IMG/VR virus record: IMGVR_UViG_3300032030_000007
Coordinates: 64,001 to 128,000 of that record
Reading direction: 5' to 3' (one strand)
Source: a virus
Taxonomy: Duplodnaviria; Caudoviricetes
Length of the DNA: 64,000 bases
The notes under the pieces are model-generated. The model saw only the letters and a program-made list of their open reading frames with translations. It ran no database searches and was not told the origin of the DNA. The stretch's first letter is position 1; each line of letters starts with the position of its first letter. The position numbers were made by a program, and so were the translations under genes. This document shows positions 34,105 through 44,101 of the stretch, piece after piece.

Positions 34105-35409
34105 TTATTGTACAAATTCTTTACTAAATCTATTAAAGATTGATTTAACACCAGGTTGAGGTTCATATGTAAATCCTAAGTCTTTAGCGATATTTCCAAA
34201 TATTCCATTAATGATTAATGAACCATCCAAATATTCAGGCTTAATTTTCTTAAAGCATTCATCCATAAGATCTTTATATTTCTGTGGATTAGCTTCAAGT
34301 TCTTCAATCTTGTTTAAGAAATCTTTTTCATCCTTAACATAAAGATACTCTGGAAGATCTAACAAATGATAGCAGTCATAGTCAGGATGTATGAATGGAA
34401 GCAATCCAATTGTAATCATTTCCCATGGCTTACATGTTACAAAACCAGGTGCCTGAGAATAAACCAATGTATATTTTGCTTCAGATACTTCTTTACCTAA
34501 GTCAAGCATTAACTTATCTTGAATCTGTGGATATTGTTCATATATTTCCTTATCCCATAATCCATATATCTTTGTATTCTCAAATTTAGTTCCTTTGAAA
34601 TTATCAATGATATATTTTTTATATGTACCTAATCTTGAGCTATAACCACCTGCACAATTAATCTTTCCTGTACCACAACCATTTGAAAGAACAATAACAG
34701 GCTCAACATCAGTATGGAACTTAGCTTCAATATCAATATTATCTCTCCAATTTTCAGAAAGACCCATTAAGAATATTTTCTCAAGATGAGAATAAATAGC
34801 CTTATGCTTAGTCTTAGTCATTGTTAAATCAGTTTCAGATTGAACATGGGGAACTGATGTTTCAAACTCCTGATTGATCTGGGAGAATATAAGTCTTTCT
34901 CTATTATAGAAATCTTTTGCATTAACAGTTATATATCTTGCATCTTCTGCCATTGTATAAACTGGGCATCCTAACTTATTTAATGCATAAAGAATAGGTG
35001 CTGTATAATTTTGAAAACAAATCAATGGACTATAATCATTTCCATCTTTCTTCTTTAAGAATCCTTTGATATTTACATTTGAACACATTCCAACAAACAC
35101 CAAACTAAAATCAGGCTTAACATTATTATCTGTAAAATAATTTACAATAGATTGATAATCCATATTCTTACGTACTTCTGGAGTCCATGCAGTATGTACA
35201 TTCTTATTTGGAAATAACTTCAAATATTCCTCTTCAGTACATTTATGTAATTCATTAGGACCAATAAAATAAAAATGATAATTTGGATTCATCTTAGCCA
35301 TTGATGAATATAATACCAAATCTGCTCCGCCACCAGTCTCAATGTGAATATTCTTCATTTTGACTGCTTTACCAATTTTTCCAATTAAAATGTTTTTTCT
35401 TTCATTCAT
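34105..35409 (-). CDS. Putative DNA (hmC) glycosyltransferase, GT-B/phage BGT-like, paralog 1
   Basis: EDARY, IYG.W, FVT.KPWEMI..G..PFIHPDYD; clear paralog of 36310-37623; context with gp42 homolog. Confidence 0.6.
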   Translation of the reverse strand: MNERKNILIGKIGKAVKMKNIHIETGGGADLVLYSSMAKMNPNYHFYFIGPNELHKCTEEEYLKLFPNKNVHTAWTPEVRKNMDYQSIVNYFTDNNVKPDFSLVFVGMCSNVNIKGFLKKKDGNDYSPLICFQNYTAPILYALNKLGCPVYTMAEDARYITVNAKDFYNRERLIFSQINQEFETSVPHVQSETDLTMTKTKHKAIYSHLEKIFLMGLSENWRDNIDIEAKFHTDVEPVIVLSNGCGTGKINCAGGYSSRLGTYKKYIIDNFKGTKFENTKIYGLWDKEIYEQYPQIQDKLMLDLGKEVSEAKYTLVYSQAPGFVTCKPWEMITIGLLPFIHPDYDCYHLLDLPEYLYVKDEKDFLNKIEELEANPQKYKDLMDECFKKIKPEYLDGSLIINGIFGNIAKDLGFTYEPQPGVKSIFNRFSKEFVQ

Positions 35410-35413
35410 AATA

Positions 35414-36310
35414 TTATCTACTTTTAATAAAATTCTTCAACTTTTCAAAATCTTTAGTTTCAATTATTTCTTTACATAATTCGTATAATTGATTATGATA
35501 TTTATCATTCTTTATTGGAAGATGATTATAATCTGAATAACTATTCCATCTTACAATAATACGAAATTTATTATTCTTATCAACTCGTAATGTTATACCA
35601 TCCCGATATTTTAAATATAGATTAATATGCATTAAACTTTCAATATCTTTACCAAAAGATGAATTATCAACAGATTTAATATCTATAAAGAAAGTATAAT
35701 ACATTAATGCAGCAATTCCTAATCCTTTTAATCTAATTTGAAATATAATATCTATATCTTCATGTTCATAAGGATTTTGCGTAAACTTAATTCCGCTTTC
35801 AATAATTCTTTTAATGTTAAATAAACCAAATTGACCAAAGTTACATGTCTTATTAACCATTACTTTTCCAGGATAATGAAATCCTAATGCAAATGATCTA
35901 ACTGTTGTTAAGAATGAAACGTTAAGTTCATTCATTTTCTTGTCACATTCATTGCATAAATCTAAGAAATCTGTACTAAGTCCTTTATATCCTTTTCCTG
36001 ATTCCAATTTACGGCCTTCAACTAATTTTCTTGAAAGATAAGTAATATCATCATCAATTAAAAAACTTTTTTCATATCCTTTATTATAAAGATAGCCAAA
36101 TATATATTGTTTCTTTTCCATTAATGTATGACAATCTGTTTTAATTAAATTAAGATTATCATATACATTATATTCATCTATATTTTTATCTTCATTTGAT
36201 AAAAAAACAAATACATCATATTGACTTCTCAAATTTTGGTCATTATTTAATCCTTTCAATAAATTTTTATAACGATTACCATAAGAAGGTATTGAAATAG
36301 CTGTTTTCAT
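35414..36310 (-). CDS. GT-A fold glycosyltransferase (TAGT / T-even hmC-sugar extending transferase-like)
   Basis: ISIPSYGNR, FLIDDDI (DxD), EDID...Q...G motifs. Confidence 0.65.
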   Translation of the reverse strand: MKTAISIPSYGNRYKNLLKGLNNDQNLRSQYDVFVFLSNEDKNIDEYNVYDNLNLIKTDCHTLMEKKQYIFGYLYNKGYEKSFLIDDDITYLSRKLVEGRKLESGKGYKGLSTDFLDLCNECDKKMNELNVSFLTTVRSFALGFHYPGKVMVNKTCNFGQFGLFNIKRIIESGIKFTQNPYEHEDIDIIFQIRLKGLGIAALMYYTFFIDIKSVDNSSFGKDIESLMHINLYLKYRDGITLRVDKNNKFRIIVRWNSYSDYNHLPIKNDKYHNQLYELCKEIIETKDFEKLKNFIKSR

Positions 36311-37623
36311 TAAATATGCATATTATTATAATTGTGATTAATAAATTTTAATTCTATATTATGCTTAGGTTCATATTCAAATCCTAAATCTTTTGCAATT
36401 TCTGTCATTATAAAATTATTAATATATGAGCCATCTCTATCTTCTTTCTTAATGCAATCCATACATTGATTAATAATAGAAAAATATAATTCGTTATTAT
36501 TATCCAATTCAATAACTTTATTTTTTAAGTCTTCAGGATCTTTAATATAAACATATTCAGGTAATCCAAGAATATGTTCAGGATCATAATCTGGATGTAT
36601 GAATGGAATAATTCCATTTGCAATCATTTCCCAAGGCTTAACAGTAACAAAATTCTTTATTTGTGAATAAACTAATGAATATCTTGCATCTTTTAAAATA
36701 TCATTAAGTTCAATCATTGGTTTATCCTCAAAATTATTTGGATATTTTTCATATATGTCTTCAGTCCATTTTCCATATATCTTAGATTTATTATAAATAG
36801 TATCTTTAAAATTATCTATGATATAATCTTTATATCCTTGAAAACGGCCATTCTTAATAGTTACATTTGAATTAATTGCCTTAGTACCGTTTCCATGTGA
36901 TATAACTAATAAATGATTTTCTTTTGGAGAATATAATTTCCTATTTAAATCAATTCTATCTTTCCAATTGTCAGGCATTCCAATAAGATCAATTCTTTCA
37001 ATATGAGCATATACACAATCAATTATATCTGTCTTTAATGTGAAATCAGTCATTGATGTTATATGCGTTATTGTTTCAAGCTTATGATTTGCTTGCGTAA
37101 ACACTTTACGTTCACGATTCCAAAGATCTCTAAAATTTAAAAGAATATTACGAGCATCATCAGCCATGCAATATACTGGGCATCCTAAATGATTAATTGT
37201 ATAAATATAAGGACCCATATAATTAAGTTGAGATATTAACAACTTACGTTTTCCACCATCTTTCTTTGGATAAAAATCAGGTACACATACTGTTGATGAT
37301 CCTCCCGTATTTAATAATGCAAAATCAATCTTTATATTATTATTATCAAAATATTTTATAATTGATGAGAAATCTTGTGTCTTTCTTATATCATTAGTCC
37401 ATGCTGAAAACACATTATGATTTGGAAATATTTCATCATATTCTTCTTCAGTCAACTTATGAAAATCAGATGGACCTATAAAATAAAAATTATAATCTGG
37501 GTTATATTGTGATAACAAAGAATATATCATCCTATCAGTATCACATGCTGTTTGAGTTCCTATCTTAATTCCTGTGAATTTAATTGTTAATCCTAATCTT
37601 CCTATAACAATATTTTTCTTCAT
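36310..37623 (-). CDS. Putative DNA (hmC) glycosyltransferase, paralog 2
   Basis: Shares NP.Y.FYFIGP, DAR, NRER..F.Q, YG.W, FVT.KPWEMI, PFIHPDYD with 34105-35409. Confidence 0.6.
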   Translation of the reverse strand: MKKNIVIGRLGLTIKFTGIKIGTQTACDTDRMIYSLLSQYNPDYNFYFIGPSDFHKLTEEEYDEIFPNHNVFSAWTNDIRKTQDFSSIIKYFDNNNIKIDFALLNTGGSSTVCVPDFYPKKDGGKRKLLISQLNYMGPYIYTINHLGCPVYCMADDARNILLNFRDLWNRERKVFTQANHKLETITHITSMTDFTLKTDIIDCVYAHIERIDLIGMPDNWKDRIDLNRKLYSPKENHLLVISHGNGTKAINSNVTIKNGRFQGYKDYIIDNFKDTIYNKSKIYGKWTEDIYEKYPNNFEDKPMIELNDILKDARYSLVYSQIKNFVTVKPWEMIANGIIPFIHPDYDPEHILGLPEYVYIKDPEDLKNKVIELDNNNELYFSIINQCMDCIKKEDRDGSYINNFIMTEIAKDLGFEYEPKHNIELKFINHNYNNMHI

Positions 37624-37626
37624 ATA

Positions 37627-38346
37627 TTAGTTATTTTTTATTTCAAAATCTTCATATCCTGTTGCTTCTATTGGTCTAAACTTTAAACTTTTATTTAACA
37701 TTAACCAATAAATAATATGTGATATATACATATGATTATGAATGTCTTCAAAACCCATCAATGCTTCATATGCAGTTCTAAAATCTTCAGCATTATTAAA
37801 ACCATATCCACCGCAATTAAATAGATTACTAACTACCCTTTTTTCAATAATATTAGTAACAAAATTTTGATCATCAATCGCTATATAAGACTTATGCTGC
37901 GGGTCAACTATTGGTGTTAATTCTAAAGGATAAACAAAAACAAAATTTCCTTTGCAATTATCTAAATCCATATCACAAGCATTATCTGCATCCTTAATTA
38001 TAATAGGACCTTCTATATCATATCTATTAATTTCATCATATATTGTTTGGGCTTGTGATGATGTTGGATTATTTACTTTTGATATAACAATATCTATATC
38101 TTCATATCGTTCTTCATCAAATTTAATTGCAGATTTAATCTTTCTTGTTATATTATATTCATTATCATGTTGTTTAAGTATAATAAAATGAATTGATCCT
38201 ATTTTTCTTAAATTCATTCTATTAAGAGTTTCAATACAATTCATTATACCAGTATCATTATTATATTGAAATTCTATTGGACACTTATCTTTATATTTTG
38301 GTGATGTATCTAACATCGGCATTATTAATGTATACTTTTCTTTCAT
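37627..38346 (-). CDS. Sugar nucleotidyltransferase-like protein (divergent Gly-rich loop)
   Basis: LIMPM, TSSQAQT, IKDAD, KSY, IIEKRVVS..F.CGGYGF, YISHII. Confidence 0.75.
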   Translation of the reverse strand: MKEKYTLIMPMLDTSPKYKDKCPIEFQYNNDTGIMNCIETLNRMNLRKIGSIHFIILKQHDNEYNITRKIKSAIKFDEERYEDIDIVISKVNNPTSSQAQTIYDEINRYDIEGPIIIKDADNACDMDLDNCKGNFVFVYPLELTPIVDPQHKSYIAIDDQNFVTNIIEKRVVSNLFNCGGYGFNNAEDFRTAYEALMGFEDIHNHMYISHIIYWLMLNKSLKFRPIEATGYEDFEIKNN

Positions 38347-39203
38347 AACTCTACAAATGATGTCAATATATTTAATACAAAATCTCTTACAGATTCTTTC
38401 TTAACATAAGGCAAGATTCTTAATATATTCATAATCTGTAATGTTTCATAATGCTTTTCATAATATTCATTTTTTGAAAAGTATTCATCTATTTTATTAT
38501 CTATATAACTAAATATCATATTAAGTCTAACGATATCATACTTTTTAGTATACATCATTGTTGACCAAAAATATTTAGTATCCTGTCTTAACTTAACAAT
38601 ATCTTGTATAGGTGTTTCAATAAACGAATCTAAATAATCAATAAAATAAAACTTATTTGATGTAAAAAGAATATTTGAAAATGTTAAATCACCATGACAT
38701 ATATTACATGGTAAATCCATTCTTTCTGGTAAGTTATTGAACTTCTTTTCACATGCATTAAGAATATATCTTACATTATCATTATTCTTTGTTAATTTAT
38801 TGTTTTCACAATTCTTTTTAACAGAATTAAACTTATCTATAAATACATTCTTTTCTACAGATTTAATTTCACAAGCATCTAATTCTTTATTAATATATTC
38901 TATAAATGTTTCTATAAAATGATTAATGTCTTCTGGAGATGCATTTTCAAAATAATCAATAAAATTCTTAGCATATACATAATCCATTAATATATATGCT
39001 TCTTTATCGTTTTTTACTAACTCATGAACCTTTGGATTAACTATAGATCCTCCTAAAGCATTATCATTTACTTGTTTATCACCTTGTAAATAAAGTCTAT
39101 TTAAATATTTTGGATCTAATGTAGATTTTTTAACAAAAAGCTTATCATTAATTTCTAAAATATCTATATTACAACCTGAATGACCTTTAATATCAATAGT
39201 CAT
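38343..39203 (-). CDS. APH/choline-kinase-like phosphotransferase (putative sugar kinase)
   Basis: GHSGC, V.K, CHGDLTFSNIL, FIDYLDS, D..KLRQD. Confidence 0.8.
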   Translation of the reverse strand: MTIDIKGHSGCNIDILEINDKLFVKKSTLDPKYLNRLYLQGDKQVNDNALGGSIVNPKVHELVKNDKEAYILMDYVYAKNFIDYFENASPEDINHFIETFIEYINKELDACEIKSVEKNVFIDKFNSVKKNCENNKLTKNNDNVRYILNACEKKFNNLPERMDLPCNICHGDLTFSNILFTSNKFYFIDYLDSFIETPIQDIVKLRQDTKYFWSTMMYTKKYDIVRLNMIFSYIDNKIDEYFSKNEYYEKHYETLQIMNILRILPYVKKESVRDFVLNILTSFVEL

Positions 39204-39320
39204 ATTTTTAGTACATATATTTATATTTTAATATAGTCATTGTAAATAAAATTATCAATGATATTAGTACATATTTATTATTAATAAATAGTCAACAAAA
39301 TAAATATATAAAATAAATCT

Positions 39321-41234
39321 ATGTTAAAAAAATATTTTGCATTATTTGAAACAGAGGCACAATATAGTGAATTTTTAAATTCTGAAGATTTTGTTCAGCC
39401 TAACGTTTCATTAATAAATGAATTAAGAAAACTTTATTTCAATAAGAAAACTGTTAAACAAGGAATATTGATCAACGGTGTAATGCATACTGAAAAGGTA
39501 ATAAGATTAACTGCTGGTGGAACATATGAATTACAAGGTGTTCATGAAGGACAGATTATTGTTGATGCGCAAACTAAACCTGATACATGGACAACAATCA
39601 AATTAAATGGAGCAACCATTTTATCTGATGAAGCTTATGGTATTTTATATGATTGTCCATCATCAAGTAATAAAGGTTATCAAGGTTTGTATGTAACACT
39701 TGAAAAAGATACTCATAACTTCATAGTATGCAATAAAGAAACAATTGTAGAAGGTGATGAAACTTATGCATCAATTGATTCTTGGAAAGACTTAACAGTT
39801 CAGGGTGTTGGTTATCTTGCAGTTTACAATAACATTGGTCATGGTTTAAGAGGTGAAACAATGAATATTGCTGGTCCTCACATTTATATTGATACTGTTC
39901 ATGACGGTGTTCATGGTAAGAATGTTAACATTCTTGATGGTGTATTCTATGTACAAGCTGCTAAAGATGCATTTGGAACAACAGAAAATGGTAAGATCAA
40001 TGTATTTGGTGGAGAATTTGAATTCATTAATGTTACACAAGATCAATTTGATTCTAAGAAAGATGGTTATTATGCAGTTGCTGGTGTTTCAGGAGCAAAT
40101 ATGCACCCAATTGAAGAAATGTATGATGAAGGTACTGTTACTGCATATCCAACAAAAGAAGATTATGAAGCCGGAATCAATGGAGTACAGATTAATCTAG
40201 CAATAGGCACAACTATTAATTCAGGTACATTCTATAATGCTGATGAAAATGAAAATGTTGTATCTTCATCAACTCCTGCTGGGTATCTTACATGGGTATG
40301 GGATGATCCTGCGGAAGTAGTATTTGATTCTCCTCAAGCATATTTAATTAATGCTAATTATAATGTAGTTGAAGTAACAGGAAAAATTACACGTCCTATT
40401 GTTCGTCCTGCTGATGCAATTGCAATAATTGAACCTACATTCTCAAAGAAAGGTAAACTTAATGGAGGATATGACAATAAGTTAGATATTTATCTTAATG
40501 GTGCTGTAATTGTTACCGATGGTCATGCTCCTTCTATTGCTAATCTTCCTGATGTTGGTAGAGTTAAGATTACTGCTGTTAAAGATACAATTAATGCAAT
40601 AATCAATAAAGATATAGCTGAAAATGATTCAGAAGGCTTATATGATCATGATGCAATTAAATCAGAAAACAATGTAACTATAGAAGTAAAAGGTGGTTCT
40701 GTTCTTTATGTAACATCAGGCATTGGTGATGGTGTTGATGGTGGTGAAACAAGATTCATTGATTCTAAAGGTTCATTCGTTGTAACAAAATGCGGTCAAC
40801 GCGGTGTAAAAGGAAATGCAATTGTCATTGGACCAGATGCAATTATCAATGCATCAGTTATAGATAGTTATATAACAGATACTACAGATCCTGAATACAC
40901 AACATTTGATGGTATATTTGTTGCAAAAGGAAATGTAGTTAATCATACTGTAGGACATGGTGTTATAACAGCTGAAGATCCTGAAGCAAAACAAACTGGA
41001 TTTGCTGATGTTTATGGTAGAAACGGTAAGCATTCAAAAGGTATGTTCGGTACAACTGATACAGAACTTAAAGGTGTTGCAATTATAGGCTCACTTGGCG
41101 CAGCAATCAGATTAGATACTGGCAATGCTCATAACTTATATGTAAATACATTATTGGGAGATGCATTAAATCCAGTGTCAACTGTAGAAGAACAATATAA
41201 AGCAGTTCCTTATGAAGGTGACCCAATTGTTTAA
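39321..41234 (+). CDS. Carbohydrate-binding beta-helix (DUF4353-like) protein, probable virion appendage
   Basis: GTYELQG....QIIVDA, I.LNGA.I, HDGVHG, KDAF, HDAIKS, GDGVDG; domain appears duplicated. Confidence 0.65.
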   Translation: MLKKYFALFETEAQYSEFLNSEDFVQPNVSLINELRKLYFNKKTVKQGILINGVMHTEKVIRLTAGGTYELQGVHEGQIIVDAQTKPDTWTTIKLNGATILSDEAYGILYDCPSSSNKGYQGLYVTLEKDTHNFIVCNKETIVEGDETYASIDSWKDLTVQGVGYLAVYNNIGHGLRGETMNIAGPHIYIDTVHDGVHGKNVNILDGVFYVQAAKDAFGTTENGKINVFGGEFEFINVTQDQFDSKKDGYYAVAGVSGANMHPIEEMYDEGTVTAYPTKEDYEAGINGVQINLAIGTTINSGTFYNADENENVVSSSTPAGYLTWVWDDPAEVVFDSPQAYLINANYNVVEVTGKITRPIVRPADAIAIIEPTFSKKGKLNGGYDNKLDIYLNGAVIVTDGHAPSIANLPDVGRVKITAVKDTINAIINKDIAENDSEGLYDHDAIKSENNVTIEVKGGSVLYVTSGIGDGVDGGETRFIDSKGSFVVTKCGQRGVKGNAIVIGPDAIINASVIDSYITDTTDPEYTTFDGIFVAKGNVVNHTVGHGVITAEDPEAKQTGFADVYGRNGKHSKGMFGTTDTELKGVAIIGSLGAAIRLDTGNAHNLYVNTLLGDALNPVSTVEEQYKAVPYEGDPIV

Positions 41235-41261
41235 CAAACATATTTGATTATTATATAAATT

Positions 41262-41288
41262 AAAGGTACCCATATTATGGGTACCTTT
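41262..41288. terminator. Bidirectional terminator
   Basis: aaaggtacccata-t-tatgggtaccttt. Confidence 0.8.
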
Positions 41289-41620
41289 GTTTGATTTGGA
41301 TTCTCAAATAACTTGATTACCATGTCTGCATACAACTGTCTGGTATTATTTTATTGAATCCATGTTTAATGTTTAACCTATTTAAATGTTATTTTATGAA
41401 TATATTTAATTGGTCGAATCTCTAATCTTCATTCTGAAGCCCTCCATCGGTTTGCGGCGACGATTAGGGTTGTTTCGCCTTCACCCATAAGCCCAGTCTC
41501 AAGAAATAATTAAAATCAAATCGGACGATCTCTTGCCATGGTTATGGACTTTATTGATATGGATTTAAAACCAAATATTGGGAAAACTTTCCACTGGATT
41601 TTCTATCTCCTTCGTTAGTT
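41288..41620 (-). ncRNA. Candidate structured non-coding RNA (family not identified)
   Basis: No substantial ORF, locally GC-richer, several potential stems, bounded by a terminator. Confidence 0.4.
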
Positions 41621-41639
41621 TTTTATTTTGATTATTTAT

Positions 41640-42104
41640 TTATGAAATTATATAAGTTTTCACAGTTGTTGTATAACCTTTAGGACCTACATATTTATAT
41701 GTTCCATCTGAAATTTTTGTCATATATTTTGGATTAATAATAACTTTACCGCCATCATTCATAAATCCATCAGGTAAAAATGAATCAGATAACAAATATG
41801 TATCTTTATTATTATAAATATCTTCAATTATTTCTTTAACTTCATTTAATGTTGTAGCATATCTTCCCCATGCGCATAAACCTCCATTATAACTATAATA
41901 AAGTAATATTTCAAAATCATTTTCATGATATTTAGTATCAGTCTTAAATGCGAATTCCCAATTCCATCCTTCACCCAAGTAATATACTTTATAAATAATG
42001 AAATCCTTAAACTCATAAATTGGACCTTTTACACAACCTTCAGCAATTGATTCATTAATCCAATTTGGGTAATTCGATTCTTTAACTTTTGTTATTTTAA
42101 TCAT
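41640..42104 (-). CDS. Hypothetical protein
   Basis: ATG ORF directly behind promoter copy 5. Confidence 0.7.
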   Translation of the reverse strand: MIKITKVKESNYPNWINESIAEGCVKGPIYEFKDFIIYKVYYLGEGWNWEFAFKTDTKYHENDFEILLYYSYNGGLCAWGRYATTLNEVKEIIEDIYNNKDTYLLSDSFLPDGFMNDGGKVIINPKYMTKISDGTYKYVGPKGYTTTVKTYIIS

Positions 42105-42135
42105 ATTTATTATTTGTTTGTTTAATTACAAATAT

Positions 42136-42164
42136 AATATAGTACTTAATTTATAAAATTCAAA
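42136..42164 (-). promoter_or_regulatory. Conserved promoter (copy 5)
   Basis: TTTGAA-N15-ACTATATT. Confidence 0.8.
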
Positions 42165-42178
42165 TATAATTAAAAAAA

Positions 42179-42936
42179 TTATCGAGATTCATAAATTAGT
42201 GTTGTCTTACCATGTAAACCAAACTCCTTGAAATAAATTCGTCCTGTACCATTAGGACGGAACCAATCTGAACAAAACTTAAGTCCTTCACGAGCTTCAT
42301 CTTCTGTTGCAAAGTAACCACTTATACTCGAATGAATTTCATTAATATAATTTTCAATATAATAAATTCCCTTCATAATTATTTAAATTTTTCCGTAATA
42401 CTTTTCATATGTTTCTTTTACAAACTCAATCTCTTCTTTATTACGGCGAAGTGCATTAATAAGATTAAATGAAATCATTGGATACGCAGTAGCTCCTCTG
42501 AATAGATTATCAATCTTATTGAAAAGATCTTCATCAGTAAGACTAAATTTTGTAGAATTCTTATAGAAGTTATGCTCATCAAAATTCTCAATGATTACAT
42601 AATAATCATTATCAGTATCAAGGAGCGCCTGAATAATACAGTCTTCAAGTTCATCAATATGTTCTACATAATCAACATATTCGATTGTTGAGCATCCCTT
42701 TTCAACTGCTTTATAAATCTTAAGCTTTCTTGGGAAATTTGATATCTTTCTTTTTACTTTCATATATTATTTAATTAAATTTCGTTCTTCCAACTTTTAT
42801 TATGACGAAAACTGCGAGCGTATTTTTTTGCCTCAGCCTTAACCCAAGCAATCTTCTTTCCCTTTGAATTGCGATCCTTGAAATCTGATACCCAAATTTC
42901 GTTTCGCATAATAACTGATTTTCCAGATCTTTTCAT
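42179..42936 (-). other. Small hypothetical genes (42179-42376, 42383-42763, 42775-42936 basic 53 aa)
   Basis: Co-oriented behind promoter copy 6; 42775-42936 (MKRSGKSVIMRNEIW...) read manually. Confidence 0.6.
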
Positions 42937-42973
42937 TTAAAGCTTATATTAAATTATTTGTTTGATTAATTAA

Positions 42974-43002
42974 AATATAGTATTTTTTATATAATATTCA
43001 AA
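42974..43002 (-). promoter_or_regulatory. Conserved promoter (copy 6)
   Basis: TTTGAA-N15-ACTATATT. Confidence 0.8.
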
Positions 43003-43058
43003 ATATTCACAAGAAAATATATGAACTTGTTATATTCAAATTTTAATAAGAAAAAATA

Positions 43059-43080
43059 AAGGTAGCTTATTTGCTACCTT
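43059..43080 (-). terminator. Terminator at the end of the epimerase operon
   Basis: aaggtagc-ttattt-gctacctt followed by a T-run on the minus strand. Confidence 0.6.
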
Positions 43081-44098
43081 CATCTAATTTTTGAAATTGT
43101 TTAACAGTATATTCAATCATTTTACTCATTCCTTCAGTTATATCAACTTTAGGTTGCCAATTATATCTTGCAAGAGCATGAGTGTTATCACATAATGAAA
43201 ACTTATTTACTTCATGTTCAAGTATTTCTGGTTTAATTGAATATGCACCTTCGTAAAGTTGTGGATATTTTTTCCAATAATTTGAAGAATCTACATATTG
43301 GGCTTGAATATTCTTGTGCATAATATCCTGTGCAACTTCATAAATCTGGCGTACTGAATATGATTTATTTGATGAACAATTAACTGTATCAAAACCTTTA
43401 CAATCTTGAACATTTTCAAGTAAATCAGTTAAGTCATCTACATATATATAATCTCGTGCTTGTTTACCATCTGAATGGAATACTGGAACTCTATCATAAT
43501 AAAGTTCACGAATAAGATATCCTACAAATGGTGGCTGCTTACGAAGGCAATCAACATGCGGTCCATATACGTTTGCAAATCGAACACAACATACATTCAT
43601 TCCATAAGTATCACAATATGACTGAGCAAATCTTTCTGCACAATATTTTGTATTTGGATAAATTAATGTTGGTTGTGGAAAATCATTCTCAAATGTTGGA
43701 AATGCTGTACAATTTTCATACATTGCATTTGTTGATGCTTGAATAACTGTCTTAACTCCATATATTCTGCTAAGTTCAAGTATATTAACAAATCCATTAA
43801 CATTAACATCAACCGCTTCACATGGATTTGACTGACAATCTGGAAGTGGAGCAATGCCTGCTATGTTATATACATAATCAAAATTCATTGATTTAAATAT
43901 AGGTTCTAATTTCCCTCTATCTCGAATATCTATTATATTTATACCTTTACTTAAATCAGTATCTTCAAATATAAGATTATCTTCATGCCCATAAGACATA
44001 TTATCGATAAGAGTTAAATTATATCCTTCATTCAAAAATTTATATGCAAGCTGTGAACCAATAAATCCAGCAGCTCCAGTTATTAAAATTTTACTCAT
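43067..44098 (-). CDS. NAD-dependent NDP-sugar epimerase/dehydratase (extended SDR)
   Basis: TGAAGFIG, AST, YPNTK (YxxxK), RFANVYGP, RDYIYVDD. Confidence 0.92.
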   Translation of the reverse strand: MSKILITGAAGFIGSQLAYKFLNEGYNLTLIDNMSYGHEDNLIFEDTDLSKGINIIDIRDRGKLEPIFKSMNFDYVYNIAGIAPLPDCQSNPCEAVDVNVNGFVNILELSRIYGVKTVIQASTNAMYENCTAFPTFENDFPQPTLIYPNTKYCAERFAQSYCDTYGMNVCCVRFANVYGPHVDCLRKQPPFVGYLIRELYYDRVPVFHSDGKQARDYIYVDDLTDLLENVQDCKGFDTVNCSSNKSYSVRQIYEVAQDIMHKNIQAQYVDSSNYWKKYPQLYEGAYSIKPEILEHEVNKFSLCDNTHALARYNWQPKVDITEGMSKMIEYTVKQFQKLDEGSK

Positions 44099-44101
44099 AT
44101 A

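Noticed and set aside
41288-41620. Assignment as tRNA, tmRNA, RNase P, SRP RNA or c-di-GMP riboswitch
   Set aside because: Only partial resemblances (GGAAAGU, GGGCUUAU, CAG...GCAG); no cloverleaf, T-loop/CCA end or full consensus could be matched by eye
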